From Cyanobacteriota bacterium (lineage in GTDB: Bacteria; Cyanobacteriota; Cyanobacteriia; Cyanobacteriales; Nostocaceae): DNA of 64,000 bases. The translations under genes were made by a program, and so were the position numbers. How positions within the stretch are numbered: the stretch's first letter is position 1; each line of letters begins with the position of its first letter. The notes under the pieces were generated by a model. It made no database searches and was not told the DNA's origin. It worked only from the letters and a program-made list of their open reading frames with translations. The stretch lies in assembly GCA_046045965.1 (NCBI GenBank), contig JBJOKS010000003.1, positions 1 through 64,000 of the forward strand. The letters are read 5' to 3'. This document shows, piece after piece, positions 30,690-41,483 of this stretch.

Positions 30690-32010
30690 ATGGTTAGGTC
30701 CTTTGATGTTTGCCGGGGCTTTGGTTTTACTGTCCTTGGGGTATCCAGTCGCCTTTTCTCTCGGTGGTGTAGCGATTTTATTTGGCATTATCGGTATTGC
30801 TTTGGGCGTTTTTGACCCCGTATTCCTCACAGCCATGCCACAGCGGATTTTTGGCATCATGGCTAATTATACCCTGTTAGCTATCCCTTATTTTATCTTT
30901 ATGGGGTCAATGTTAGAGAAATCTGGCATTGCTGAAAGACTCTTAGAAACGATGGGGATCTTATTAGGACGCTTGCGGGGTGGACTAGCTTTAGCTGTAG
31001 TTTTGGTAGGTGCGTTACTCGCAGCAACTACGGGTGTAGTAGCAGCCACGGTGGTAGCGATGGGTTTAATTTCTCTACCGATTATGCTGCGTTATGGTTA
31101 CAACAAAGAACTAGCCACCGGTGTAATTGCAGCTTCCGGGACTTTAGGGCAAATTATCCCCCCTAGTGTGGTATTGGTGGTATTAGGTGATCAATTGGGT
31201 GTGTCTGTCGGTGATTTATTTATCGGTTCAGTCATTCCTGGCTTGATGATGGCGGGGTCTTTTGCCCTTCATGTGCTAATTGTGGCATTTTTGAAGCCAG
31301 AGGTAGCGCCAGCCTTACCTGCCGAAGTGCGGGAAATTGGTGGAAAAGCTTTGAGAAAGCGCGTAATTCAGGTAATGTTACCGCCATTGATTTTGATCTT
31401 GTTGGTTTTGGGAAGTATCTTTTTTGGCTTGGCAACACCTACAGAAGCCGGTGCGGTAGGATGTGCGGGAGCGATCGCCCTTGCTGCTGCTAATGGCCAA
31501 CTAACTTTAGCATCTCTGCGTCAAGTATGTGATAACACTTTAAGAATTACCAGCATGGTAATTTTTATCCTGTTAGGTTCTACAGCTTTCAGTTTAGTAT
31601 TTCGGGGATTAAATGGCGATCAATTTATGTTTGATGTCCTTTCTAATCTCCCTGGTGGTCAAGTTGGATTTTTAGCCCTGAGTATGACTGTAGTTTTCCT
31701 CTTGGGCTTTTTTATCGACTTCTTTGAAATTGCCTTTATCATCGTTCCTTTGTTTGTTCCAGTCGCCCAAACTTTAGGAATTGATTTAGTTTGGTATGGT
31801 GTAATATTAGGGGCAAATTTACAAACTTCTTTCCTCACACCTCCCTTTGGTTTTGCCTTATTTTATCTGCGCGGTGTCGCACCTCCAGAAGTAACAACTG
31901 GTGATATTTATCGCGGAGTAATTCCCTTTATTTTGCTGCAATTGCTGGTGGTGCTTTTAATTATTATCTTTCCAGGAATTGTCAGTTTTTTACCTTCTTT
32001 GGGACGGTAA
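30673..32010 (+). CDS. TRAP transporter large permease (DctM)
   Basis: LLAIPYFIFMG..LE.SG, SGTLGQIIPPS, TPTEAG and SFLTPPFG. Confidence 0.93.
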   Translation: MTLDYEWLGPLMFAGALVLLSLGYPVAFSLGGVAILFGIIGIALGVFDPVFLTAMPQRIFGIMANYTLLAIPYFIFMGSMLEKSGIAERLLETMGILLGRLRGGLALAVVLVGALLAATTGVVAATVVAMGLISLPIMLRYGYNKELATGVIAASGTLGQIIPPSVVLVVLGDQLGVSVGDLFIGSVIPGLMMAGSFALHVLIVAFLKPEVAPALPAEVREIGGKALRKRVIQVMLPPLILILLVLGSIFFGLATPTEAGAVGCAGAIALAAANGQLTLASLRQVCDNTLRITSMVIFILLGSTAFSLVFRGLNGDQFMFDVLSNLPGGQVGFLALSMTVVFLLGFFIDFFEIAFIIVPLFVPVAQTLGIDLVWYGVILGANLQTSFLTPPFGFALFYLRGVAPPEVTTGDIYRGVIPFILLQLLVVLLIIIFPGIVSFLPSLGR

Positions 32011-32019
32011 GATCATATA

Positions 32020-32302
32020 TCTCGTTCCCAGTCTCAGACTGGGAATGCTATCAAGAGGTTCTACCTCTACATTTAATATCAGGCAGATCCTTGATCTTTC
32101 ATTCCCATATAAAGAGATAATTCATACTCTCTGGGCGATTATAAATCGCGGCTACACAGGCAAAACCCACCTTCGTGGGTTCAGAAGCCCTGATTTTTCA
32201 TTAGTCCACGGAGGTGGACTTCGTTTGTGTAGTAGCGAATTATATTCGCCGAAAACTTTTAAAACATCCTCTTTCATTCCCATACAGAGTATGAGAACGA
32301 GA
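32020..32302. repeat. Composite intergenic repeat: CTCGTTCCCAG..CTGGGAATG / CATTCCCA..GAGAACGAG inverted pair enclosing REP-like copy 2 (32134-32250)
   Basis: Inverted end motifs plus a match to 8351-8466 and 61643-61718. Confidence 0.7.
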
Positions 32303-32319
32303 GAAATTAACAACTTAAA

Positions 32320-33423
32320 TTATTTACTATTAGCCGTCACAAAATTGGCATAGCTTAATTCATTGGTCTTATTCCAAGTGTAAATCTGTTCTCTAAATTT
32401 CTTCCACCCTTCATAAATCTCTTTAAAGGTTGCATCCTTACTCGCATTTTCTTCATAGATATCAAAGGATGCTTTTTGTGCTGCTTGCATAATTTCTTGA
32501 CTGTAAGGAGTCAATTTAGTCCCCCCAGCTAGTAATCTTGTCATTGCTTCCCCATTCAAAGCATCGTATTTAGTGAACATATTCACATTCGCTTCTACCG
32601 CCGCTGTTTTGAATATTTCCTGATATTCTTTGGGTAATTTATCCCAAGCTTTTCGACTTACCAATACATCTAATGTTGGACCCGGTTCCCACCAACCAGG
32701 ATAATAATAAAATTGGGCTGCTTTATTTAAACCTAATTTCTCATCGTCATAGGGACCAACCCACTCCGCTGCATCAATAGCACCCCGATCTAATGCTAAA
32801 TATATTTCTCCTCCGGGTAACACTTGCACATTTACCCCTAAACGAGACATAACTTGTCCCCCTAAACCGGGGATTCGCATTTTTAAACCATTTAAGTCAG
32901 CAACAGATTTAATTTCTTTTTTGAACCATCCTCCCATTTGCGCCCCAGTATTACCAGCGGGAAAGTTGATAATATTAAAATCACTATAAATTTTGTGCAG
33001 GGTTTCTAGTCCACCACCTTGGTACAACCAAGCATTTTGCTGTTGGGCGTTTAAACCAAAGGGAACGGCGGTACAAAAAGCCAAGGCTGGGTTTTTGCCA
33101 ATGTAATAATAACTGGCTGTATGTCCACATTCTACAGTTCCTGCTTGCACTGCGTCTAATACTTGCAAACCCGGTACTAACTCTCCAGCAGCAAAGGGGG
33201 TAATGGTGAAGCGGCCACCGGTCATTTCTTTGACTCGTTTAGCGATGGTTTCCGCACCGATATAAGTCCCTAAACTCTTTGTCCAGCTGGTGGCCATGCG
33301 CCATCTGACAGTGGGTAAGCTACCTTGTACAGTAGTAGATGTACTGGTTTTAGCACAAGCTGCGGTGAGTGCTGCTGTTGCTGTAGCGATCGCCCCAGTA
33401 TTGATAATTTGTCTGCGCTTCAT
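32320..33423 (-). CDS. TRAP transporter substrate-binding protein (DctP/TakP type)
   Basis: Tat-like KRR leader, [29 protein letters not shown] and [10 protein letters not shown]. The convergent layout matches the Anabaena 2-oxoacid TRAP locus as I recall it. Confidence 0.92.
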   Translation of the reverse strand: MKRRQIINTGAIATATAALTAACAKTSTSTTVQGSLPTVRWRMATSWTKSLGTYIGAETIAKRVKEMTGGRFTITPFAAGELVPGLQVLDAVQAGTVECGHTASYYYIGKNPALAFCTAVPFGLNAQQQNAWLYQGGGLETLHKIYSDFNIINFPAGNTGAQMGGWFKKEIKSVADLNGLKMRIPGLGGQVMSRLGVNVQVLPGGEIYLALDRGAIDAAEWVGPYDDEKLGLNKAAQFYYYPGWWEPGPTLDVLVSRKAWDKLPKEYQEIFKTAAVEANVNMFTKYDALNGEAMTRLLAGGTKLTPYSQEIMQAAQKASFDIYEENASKDATFKEIYEGWKKFREQIYTWNKTNELSYANFVTANSK

Positions 33424-34610
33424 AGTCTTTTACTAATTTCCACTACTCTATCTTTAGACTGAAATTGTGCCATGAAGCGGCGATCAATATAGTCTTTCCA
33501 GTGCCACAATAATTGATGAGGTGGTAAGGTGAAATTTCCTCGTGTAGCTAAGGCGCGTCCATCACCTGTGCCAATTAAACTTAAATACTCTTTTTGCGGT
33601 TTGTAAGGTTTAAGTGATTTCCCAAACATCATCCTTCGCAAATTCTCATACAACGGTTTACCTTGACGTACCGCAAATACACCTGCTTTTGGTAAGTGAT
33701 AATTAATCATTGTGGCAATATCACCCGCTGCAAAAATCTGAGGATGACTAACAGATTGCAAATTATCATTTACTAAAATAAACCCTTGTTCATCTGTAGC
33801 AATTCCTGAATCTTTCACCCAATTTGCTGCTGATGCTTGTGTCACCCAAAACACGCGATCGCATTTTAATCTTAACCCAGATTCAGATGTCATTTCTAAT
33901 TGATTATCTATTGTAGGTGCAACTTCACAGACATTTTCACATAAATGTAATTTGACACCTTTATTAATTAGAACATCCTCCATAATTCGCCGCACGGTTG
34001 GGTGATGATTTGGCATTAATTCCCCAGTGCGTTGCCATAAATGTACTGTTAAATTTTCTATTCCTAATTTCCGTAAACCTGCAAACATTGATAATGCTAA
34101 TTCTACACCCCCAGCCCCACCACCAACAATACTAATACTTAGCGGTTTTTGAGGATGTTTAATAACCATTTCCTGTAATTTATACCAATGTTCTAAAAGT
34201 TGTGCCACTGGTTTTGCAGCTATTGTATATTCTGCCGCACCTGATACAGACAATTTAGCCGGAGTGCTGCCAATATCAATAGACAAAATATCAAACTCTA
34301 TTGCTGGTGAGTTAGCACAAAGCACTTTGTTATTTTTTAAATCCAGTCCAACTACTCTGTCAAGATATAAGTGAGCATTAGCAAAGTTGCTTAAATTTTG
34401 CAAGTCAATATGGCATTCAGAATAATTGTAAAATCCGGCAATATGTCCGGGTAACATCCCAGAATACGGTGTATATTGATCTGGAGTAATTAAGGTCAAA
34501 TTTACTCCAGTCACAGGGTTATTACCAAAACGTTTCAAGACAATGGCATGACTATGGCCACCTCCAATCATCACTAGGTTTTTTCGCCTTAGTTGGGAAT
34601 TTTGCAGCAT
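33420..34610 (-). CDS. FAD-dependent pyridine nucleotide-disulfide oxidoreductase (SelD N-terminal-like)
   Basis: [39 protein letters not shown] and WKD.ID.RFM. Confidence 0.85.
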   Translation of the reverse strand: MLQNSQLRRKNLVMIGGGHSHAIVLKRFGNNPVTGVNLTLITPDQYTPYSGMLPGHIAGFYNYSECHIDLQNLSNFANAHLYLDRVVGLDLKNNKVLCANSPAIEFDILSIDIGSTPAKLSVSGAAEYTIAAKPVAQLLEHWYKLQEMVIKHPQKPLSISIVGGGAGGVELALSMFAGLRKLGIENLTVHLWQRTGELMPNHHPTVRRIMEDVLINKGVKLHLCENVCEVAPTIDNQLEMTSESGLRLKCDRVFWVTQASAANWVKDSGIATDEQGFILVNDNLQSVSHPQIFAAGDIATMINYHLPKAGVFAVRQGKPLYENLRRMMFGKSLKPYKPQKEYLSLIGTGDGRALATRGNFTLPPHQLLWHWKDYIDRRFMAQFQSKDRVVEISKRL

Positions 34611-34895
34611 CTGGAGATTTAAGTAGATGTGAGCAGCGATTAAATATCAATATTATCATGATTCCCCTCGGTTGGTAATGAATAATAAACGAATACCTAG
34701 ATACCCGACTTATTTAAAAAGTCCGGTATTTCTTTTATTTAATTAAATTGGTTTAGTTAAAAAATAAATTGTGAGGTGTATGTTTAACATATCTTTTATC
34801 TGGTGTCTATACCCGAAATGATGAAATTTTAGATGGGCTGATCATCAGCATTTTTTTTAATTATCAAGACAACACAATATTATTTTCATTAATGT

Positions 34896-35585
34896 ATGTT
34901 GGTAAGAAAAATCATCCATTGGATGCTGGCAATTCAGGAGAATGTAAAGAATAATCAAGGCGATAAATCTAATCGAGATTATTTAATGAAAGTCCTACAG
35001 CGACTGGACAATAATTCAATCGAAACCAGTCTATCTGCAATTCATGATTTAGAGCATCTTGTGGAAGATAATCCGCAATACCACTGGATAATTATGGATA
35101 TGCTCACTAATTTCGTCAGAAAGAAAGCAGCTAATTCATACCCAGAGGAAGCAATGAGTAATTCCTCAGTCAACACTAGGAAAGTAATTCAAGCAGCTAT
35201 TAGCGTTATCGGGAGGAGAGACACAAAAAAAGACCCAGAAAATGAACAGATTGATTTAAGTTACACAGACTTAAGTAGACTAAATTTGCAGGGTGCAAAC
35301 CTGGAACAAACAAACCTTTATCAAGCTAATCTATCACAAGCAAATTTAGCTGGTGCAAACCTTTCTGGTGCTATTCTCAGTGCAGCAAATCTCACTGGTG
35401 CAAACCTCAATTTTGCCAACCTGTCTGGTGCTATTCTCAGTGCAGCAAATCTCGCTGGTGCGAATCTTACTGGTGCTAAATTACATCGAGCTAATTTATA
35501 TTTAGCTAGTTTAGAGGATGCAATTTTGAATGATGCTAACCTTGATGGAGCAAATCTGAGAGAAGCTAAGTTTAATAAATTTTAA
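34896..35585 (+). CDS. Pentapeptide repeat protein
   Basis: A(N/D)L.. repeats at the C-terminus. Confidence 0.9.
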   Translation: MLVRKIIHWMLAIQENVKNNQGDKSNRDYLMKVLQRLDNNSIETSLSAIHDLEHLVEDNPQYHWIIMDMLTNFVRKKAANSYPEEAMSNSSVNTRKVIQAAISVIGRRDTKKDPENEQIDLSYTDLSRLNLQGANLEQTNLYQANLSQANLAGANLSGAILSAANLTGANLNFANLSGAILSAANLAGANLTGAKLHRANLYLASLEDAILNDANLDGANLREAKFNKF

Positions 35586-35623
35586 GAATCAATCTATACC
35601 CAGTGCAATGACTTTTCTGTGGC

Positions 35624-35806
35624 TATAACAATCCTATCTGATTTGTGAATGGCGTTTTTAAAACGAACCGCTCCAGACGCAGAGAGCGCAGAGGTAGAGA
35701 AAAAGAGGTGTTCATATCTTATTTAGGATTGCTATCTAACAATCCTATCTGATTTGTGAAAATTAAGGAATTTAGATCCCTGACTTATTGAACAAGTCGG
35801 GGATCT
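35624..35806. repeat. MITE-like cluster: TAACAATCCTATCTGATTTGTGAA twice, an inverted TAGGATTGCTAT end, an AACGAACCGC..CGCAGAG motif and a GATCCC hairpin
   Basis: 24 bp direct repeat at ~35626 and ~35737; the CGCAGAG motif is shared with ~6255-6285. Confidence 0.6.
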
Positions 35807-35958
35807 AGTTGTTCGTAACTATACTAATAAGGGTAAAGGGTAAGGAGGAAAGCGAAAAACGCTTACCCTTTGTTGGGAGAAAGAAAATTTTACATTTCTA
35901 AATTTGCGGCTAAATGCTATACTGTTTTTTTTAATCATCTCAGTAATAACTCATTATT

Positions 35959-37449
35959 GTGAAGCATCTTTCTGGTATGTCTGCTAAAAAGACAGACACA
36001 ACTTTGTATTGGTTGATCACCATCATCGTTATTGTGCTTCTGTCCTTAATACTGATTGTCTTCGCATCTACTAATATTGAGAAGTTATCATTTCAGCGGC
36101 AAATATCTGACAAAAATCAAGCATTAACTACTATTGCCATAGTTTTTCTCGGCGTAGCTGTCATGCTTAATGTTTATTATGCAGCAAGGCGGACTCAAGC
36201 AATAGAGAAAAATGCAATTACAGCAGAAAAAACTCTAGCAATTGGCATTGAAAATACCAAACTCATCCAAGAAAGACTGATTTCGGAAAGGTTTATTGGC
36301 GGAATTACTCAGTTAGGACATGACAAGGTAGAAACGCGCACAGGTGCGATTTATGCCTTAGAAAGAATTGCCCAAGATTTCCCCCAAGAACATTGGACAA
36401 TTATGGAAATTCTCACTGCTTTTGTCCGCGAAAATGCACCCATACAACTAGAGAGAAAACCACAAAAACCAGAAGATTTTATGGCGATTGATGTGGGTAA
36501 CAATCGTGATAGAATGCGTCGTCAACAGCCAGCAAATTATCTTCTACCAACTGAATCCTTTAAACTTCGTACTGATATTCAAGCAGCTTTGACTGTAATC
36601 GGTAGGCGCAATTTTCAACAGGATCGAGAAAATCAAAAATTGGATTTGCGTAATACCGATATCAGACGAGTTTATTTAGCAGGAGCTAAATTGCAAGGGG
36701 TAGACTTACGGGGATCTGATTTATGTGGTGCAGACTTGCGGGATGCTGATTTAAGTGAAGCCGTTTTAGATGGTGCTAAACTCATAGGTTCGATTCTTTA
36801 TCAAGCTAACTTATTTAAAGCTAGTTTACGGGGAGCTAATTTAAGTCGCTCTAATCTTAATCTTGCCAATTTATATGGAGTAAACTTGAGTTCTGCTAAT
36901 TTGTTTGGTGCAAGTTTGCGTTCAGTAAATTTGCAATCTGCCAACTTGTATAAAGCCAATATGCAACAAGTAAATCTCAAGGCTGCTAATCTCTCCGGTG
37001 CTAAGTTATTTTTAGTTAATTTACAAGGGGCGAAATTAGGTAAAACTAATTTAAGTTTAGCAGGTTTGATTGCTGCAAATTTGCAAGGTGCAAATCTCAA
37101 TGGTGCTAATCTCCAAGGTGCAAATTTGAATGCTGCTAAATTGCAACAAACAGATATTTATTTTGCCAATTTCAGTGAAGCTAGTTTGACAGAAGCAAAT
37201 TTACATCATGCTAATTTGATGGGGGCGAATTTTTGTCAAGCAATTCTTGATGAAGCTGATCTTTCTGAAGCTAATCTCATTGGTGCTAATTTATTTGGCG
37301 CTCATCTTTGTGATGTTAAACTGACTGGGACGATTTTAACCGGGGCGAAAAATCTAGAATCTGAGCAGATAATTAAGGCATTAGGCGATCGCACTACTCG
37401 CCTTCCTGATTATATCGAAGCGCCAGCTAATTGGCTCGAATCTGTTTGA
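35959..37449 (+). CDS. Membrane-anchored pentapeptide repeat protein
   Basis: Two N-terminal TMs, R.GAIYALERIA and DIQAALTVIGRR, then a long pentapeptide tract. Confidence 0.9.
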   Translation: MKHLSGMSAKKTDTTLYWLITIIVIVLLSLILIVFASTNIEKLSFQRQISDKNQALTTIAIVFLGVAVMLNVYYAARRTQAIEKNAITAEKTLAIGIENTKLIQERLISERFIGGITQLGHDKVETRTGAIYALERIAQDFPQEHWTIMEILTAFVRENAPIQLERKPQKPEDFMAIDVGNNRDRMRRQQPANYLLPTESFKLRTDIQAALTVIGRRNFQQDRENQKLDLRNTDIRRVYLAGAKLQGVDLRGSDLCGADLRDADLSEAVLDGAKLIGSILYQANLFKASLRGANLSRSNLNLANLYGVNLSSANLFGASLRSVNLQSANLYKANMQQVNLKAANLSGAKLFLVNLQGAKLGKTNLSLAGLIAANLQGANLNGANLQGANLNAAKLQQTDIYFANFSEASLTEANLHHANLMGANFCQAILDEADLSEANLIGANLFGAHLCDVKLTGTILTGAKNLESEQIIKALGDRTTRLPDYIEAPANWLESV

Positions 37450-37693
37450 TTATCTAAAACTGTATCTTTTGCTAATTTCGGTGCATTCTACTTTTTTAAT
37501 ATCTTTGAATTGTTATTAAATTCTCATATTTACTTGCCGATTAAGTGATTAAATCATGACTTATTAATTGTCATAATTGCTTGTTTTTTAATTAGTGAAT
37601 TAGTAATCAAATTAGCTTTTTATATCAGCCAAATCATAGTAATTATTAACCAAGGGGAATAACTGGCAATTTCCAGCTTTACTAGACAAAAGA

Positions 37694-39235
37694 TTGAAAA
37701 ATTCAGGCTGGGACAAAAAAAATATTATTTTTAAGGATAAAAGTCTGATGAAATTTGATATTACTGAAAATTTGTACTCCCAAAATAAACTCAATATTAC
37801 TTCTGTTTCCCCAGTCAATTCTTTTCAAACTCAGGTTGACAATAGCTTAAGTTGGGGTAGTGCTAGTAGCTATTCGCAACAGGAAACAAATGAGCCTATT
37901 GCTACTACAAACAGTTATAATTCCAGAACTGGTTATGGCTTAGTAAATGCCGGAACAGCAGTCAGTAGAGCAGCTGGTGAAAATCCTTATGCAGATGCTC
38001 CTGATGTGGGTGGAAATAATTGGGGTGTAGATTTGGTAAATGCACCCGCAGCTTGGCAAAATGGACATACAGGCCAAGGGATTATTGTTGCTGTTTTAGA
38101 TACTGGAGTTGACTATAACCACGAAGATTTAAATGATAATATCTGGACGAATAGCAACGAAATTGCTGGTAATGGTATAGATGATGATGGTAATGGTTAT
38201 ATTGATGATATTCAAGGTTGGAATTTTGATGGTAACAACAATAATGTTTTAGATGATAATAGTCATGGAACTCATGTTTCTGGAACTATTGCCGCAGAAA
38301 ATAACGGTAGTGGTATAACTGGTGTTGCCTATAATTCTCAAATTATGGCAATTAAAGTTTTAGATCAGAATGGCTCAGGTTCCTATGCAAATATTGCTAA
38401 TGGTATCCGTTATGCTGTAGATAATGGCGCTCATGTAATTAACCTCAGCTTAGGAGGAAATTCTGGTAATAATACTCTCAAATCAGCTATTGAATATGCC
38501 AGCAGTAACGGTGTAATTGTTGTTATGGCCGCAGGTAATAATGGAGATTCTACACCAACTTATCCGGCTCGTTATGCTGAAAATTCAGGAATTGCTGTTG
38601 GGGCGGTAGATAAAAATAATCAACTGACTAATTTTTCTAACCGTTCTGGTTCTCAAGAAATTAAATATGTGACTGCTCCTGGTCAAGACATTTACTCTAC
38701 AGTTCCCAATAATCAATATGCGACTTTTAGTGGCACTTCTATGGCCGCTCCCCATGTTGCTGGGGTAGTGGCTTTGATGCTTAGTGCTAACCCCAACTTG
38801 ACAGAAACCCAGGTGCGGGAGATTATCACGAGTACGGCTGACAATAGCACAAATATTCAAGAACCCAGTCAGCCTTCAAATCCTTCTCCTTCTCTACCAT
38901 TTCCATTTCCTATTGATTTATTACCCTTTGGCCTGATTGATATAGGATCACAATTTCCTACTGATATAGGCTCACAATTTCCTACTGATATTGGAGCAGA
39001 CTTTCCAATAGGTTTACCTGCACAATCAAATATACAATTACCTTCGGTTGTTTTATCTGGTGGTGATTTTGGTGATAAAACTACTAATGTAGAAAGTTTT
39101 AATCAGCAGAATGATGACAGATTGGTTAGTTTAGTTTCTCAGTCTTTATTGCGTTCTTATGTCAGTTCTGAGGTTCAATACTCTATTGCTGGTGATGGGG
39201 ATATTCAGGAGGAGGAGTTGTTTGGAAAACGATAA
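37694..39235 (+). CDS. Subtilisin-like S8 serine peptidase; start probably ~37748
   Basis: VAVLDTG, HGTHVSG and SGTSMAAPHVAG catalytic triad motifs. Confidence 0.95.
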   Translation: MKNSGWDKKNIIFKDKSLMKFDITENLYSQNKLNITSVSPVNSFQTQVDNSLSWGSASSYSQQETNEPIATTNSYNSRTGYGLVNAGTAVSRAAGENPYADAPDVGGNNWGVDLVNAPAAWQNGHTGQGIIVAVLDTGVDYNHEDLNDNIWTNSNEIAGNGIDDDGNGYIDDIQGWNFDGNNNNVLDDNSHGTHVSGTIAAENNGSGITGVAYNSQIMAIKVLDQNGSGSYANIANGIRYAVDNGAHVINLSLGGNSGNNTLKSAIEYASSNGVIVVMAAGNNGDSTPTYPARYAENSGIAVGAVDKNNQLTNFSNRSGSQEIKYVTAPGQDIYSTVPNNQYATFSGTSMAAPHVAGVVALMLSANPNLTETQVREIITSTADNSTNIQEPSQPSNPSPSLPFPFPIDLLPFGLIDIGSQFPTDIGSQFPTDIGADFPIGLPAQSNIQLPSVVLSGGDFGDKTTNVESFNQQNDDRLVSLVSQSLLRSYVSSEVQYSIAGDGDIQEEELFGKR

Positions 39236-39403
39236 TTTCTTTACATACTTTGTTTGTTTTCCGCAATTCTAGATAGTGCGTTAGATTCAATAAATTCTGC
39301 AAGAGGTCTATTTTTAAGATTTGAACCACCCTAAATTGTATTTAGGGTTAAAAAGAGTGGTGATAAATAGTTGTTTAAGAACAGGTAAAAATAACCTAAT
39401 AAC

Positions 39404-40822
39404 CTAGTTTTTCTGAATTCCATAACACAAACGACCCACTAACCATTGTGGAGCTTGATTTTTATCTTCATTATTTTTTGTCCGTTCAGTTTTCATCCTT
39501 TCTGTAGCTATTTTCAAAGCCGTCAAAAATTCCTCTAAATTATGCGTTTTTGAACCATCTTGTTCATTGCTTCTAGTTTGCCAATCCCATTTTTTCCACC
39601 CACTAGGAACTTCTAAACTTGCTGTTAAAATATCAAACTGGAGTTTGTAAATACCAGATTCAGGAAATTTCTGAGGTTGGATGACAGCAGTAAAATTTAA
39701 CTTATTTTCTTGGGGTATAATTTGCCAATCTTTAAATTCAATTGCCTTATTTACTTCCTGACTAGCATCAATTTCTGTAAAATTTTTGGCAAATTTATCA
39801 AATTTCTCAGCTTTAACTTTTGCTTGTAAAGAATTAGCATCAACCAATAAACTATGTTCAGATGGGGCTAAATTCACACTATAATTAATAGTTAAACTAT
39901 CTTGTTGACGAGAATCTATTTGTAAGAGTTCATAGTGACCTTGACTAACTTTACTAGCAGCAACTCCATCTTTCACTAAAGATAGAGGTCTAGTAATTCC
40001 TGTGGGTGTTGTTGGTAGTGTTTCTAATTTAGATACTTGCTCAAGAATATGATCAGGATGGAAAATCATTAACTTACTCATATCACCATTAGCTAATGAT
40101 TGATTAGAGTTATATTTTTGTAATTCCCCAAAATAATACTTGACATCTTGATATGGTCCAATGAATAGAACATAAAATGGCCGCATTTTTTCTGGTTGTT
40201 TACCAGAATTATAATCAAAGGTTTGCAGTTGATTATTTTTATCTACATAAACCTTACCATTAAATTCACTTTTAACAGCCCAAACACCAACAGCATAATC
40301 TTTTTTATCAGAATTAAAATAAATATCTTGAATTTTTTTATTTAATTTAGTTACATCGCCGCTATTTTGTTCTAAATCTGTAATAATCACCGTCATTTTG
40401 GGTTGATTTTTCGCAGAAGGAATAATAGCTGCATCTATAGGACTAGATACTTGTTTAAATTTAGCATTACTGCCATCATAAAAAACAGAAGTTGCTCCAA
40501 AACTATAATATTCACTACTTGTAATCTTCTGCATGGGATTACCAATACGATAGTATTCAACTGGTAATTGCCCTGTTAACTCAAATACTTTTCTCAGTGA
40601 TTCTAAGGCTTTAGTATAGTTAGTTTCTCCATCTTTTACATAACCTAACATCGAACCACTACCATCTAGATAAATAGCCACATTTAGAGTATCTGATTTA
40701 CTAGCTGTTTGATTATTGACAGAATTAACATTGGGAATTTCACATTTTAACTCTTCTTTTTTGTTGCAAGCTGTTAGGAAAAGTGCAATTAAGACCACAA
40801 TTAGCAATTTGATCCGCATCAT
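39404..40822 (-). CDS. Lipoprotein with vWA-like MIDAS domain
   Basis: Lipobox LTAC; VAIYLDGSGSM (DxSxS) and later VIITD. Confidence 0.7.
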   Translation of the reverse strand: MMRIKLLIVVLIALFLTACNKKEELKCEIPNVNSVNNQTASKSDTLNVAIYLDGSGSMLGYVKDGETNYTKALESLRKVFELTGQLPVEYYRIGNPMQKITSSEYYSFGATSVFYDGSNAKFKQVSSPIDAAIIPSAKNQPKMTVIITDLEQNSGDVTKLNKKIQDIYFNSDKKDYAVGVWAVKSEFNGKVYVDKNNQLQTFDYNSGKQPEKMRPFYVLFIGPYQDVKYYFGELQKYNSNQSLANGDMSKLMIFHPDHILEQVSKLETLPTTPTGITRPLSLVKDGVAASKVSQGHYELLQIDSRQQDSLTINYSVNLAPSEHSLLVDANSLQAKVKAEKFDKFAKNFTEIDASQEVNKAIEFKDWQIIPQENKLNFTAVIQPQKFPESGIYKLQFDILTASLEVPSGWKKWDWQTRSNEQDGSKTHNLEEFLTALKIATERMKTERTKNNEDKNQAPQWLVGRLCYGIQKN

Positions 40823-41006
40823 TTTCTACATTCTCCGCTAATACTTTTGTGTTGATATGTTTACTATTACTAATAAATGTTAAGTAATTTTACGGTATTT
40901 TGTGTTGCCATTTCCATAACAATATGAGAGTATAACAAAGAATATTCATGTTAAGTCTAAACAAGAACACAAATTTCTAGATCAATCGAAATTATCAGGA
41001 GGGCTA

Positions 41007-41480
41007 ATGAAGCCGTGGGAGATCGTCAGAATCATTATATTTACTGTCATCGGTGCTGCACTTATGTTTTTGGGGCAGCGTCTCATCTATGAAAATCAAA
41101 TCGTACCCATTCAAAAAATCTCCTTGGATAGTTGGCTTGCTGCTGACTATACCACAGCCGCACTGATTATGTTCGGAGTCTGTATGTTTTCAACGATTGT
41201 CTGGTGCGTATTAGCAGCTACCAGCAAGTTTACTGATGGCAGCAAGACAGGAAGTTGGATGTTGCTGTGGTGGTTGTTAGGACTGCTACCAATGGCTGGA
41301 ATTGGGTTTACAGTTTTTTACATTAACCGCAGCGACGAAGCTCAACTTTCATTGATGGGATTTTTTGTATTAGATACTTTATTACTGTATTGGTTGCCTA
41401 CCGCAACAAGTTCTCCTGAAGCCGTGAAATATATTCCACCAGGAGCTTTTTTGTTACGTCATCAGCTGATGGGAGATTAA
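41007..41480 (+). CDS. Hypothetical 4-TM membrane protein, first gene of the tubulin-like operon
   Basis: Four hydrophobic segments; AGGAGG RBS; 3 bp gap to the next gene. Confidence 0.8.
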   Translation: MKPWEIVRIIIFTVIGAALMFLGQRLIYENQIVPIQKISLDSWLAADYTTAALIMFGVCMFSTIVWCVLAATSKFTDGSKTGSWMLLWWLLGLLPMAGIGFTVFYINRSDEAQLSLMGFFVLDTLLLYWLPTATSSPEAVKYIPPGAFLLRHQLMGD

Positions 41481-41483
41481 GAA

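Noticed and set aside
31979..32353. 124-aa + strand ORF
   Set aside because: It runs through REP-like repeats and overlaps both flanking genes; likely spurious.
33420..34610. Selenide, water dikinase (selD)
   Set aside because: Only the FAD oxidoreductase domain is present; there is no SelD kinase domain.
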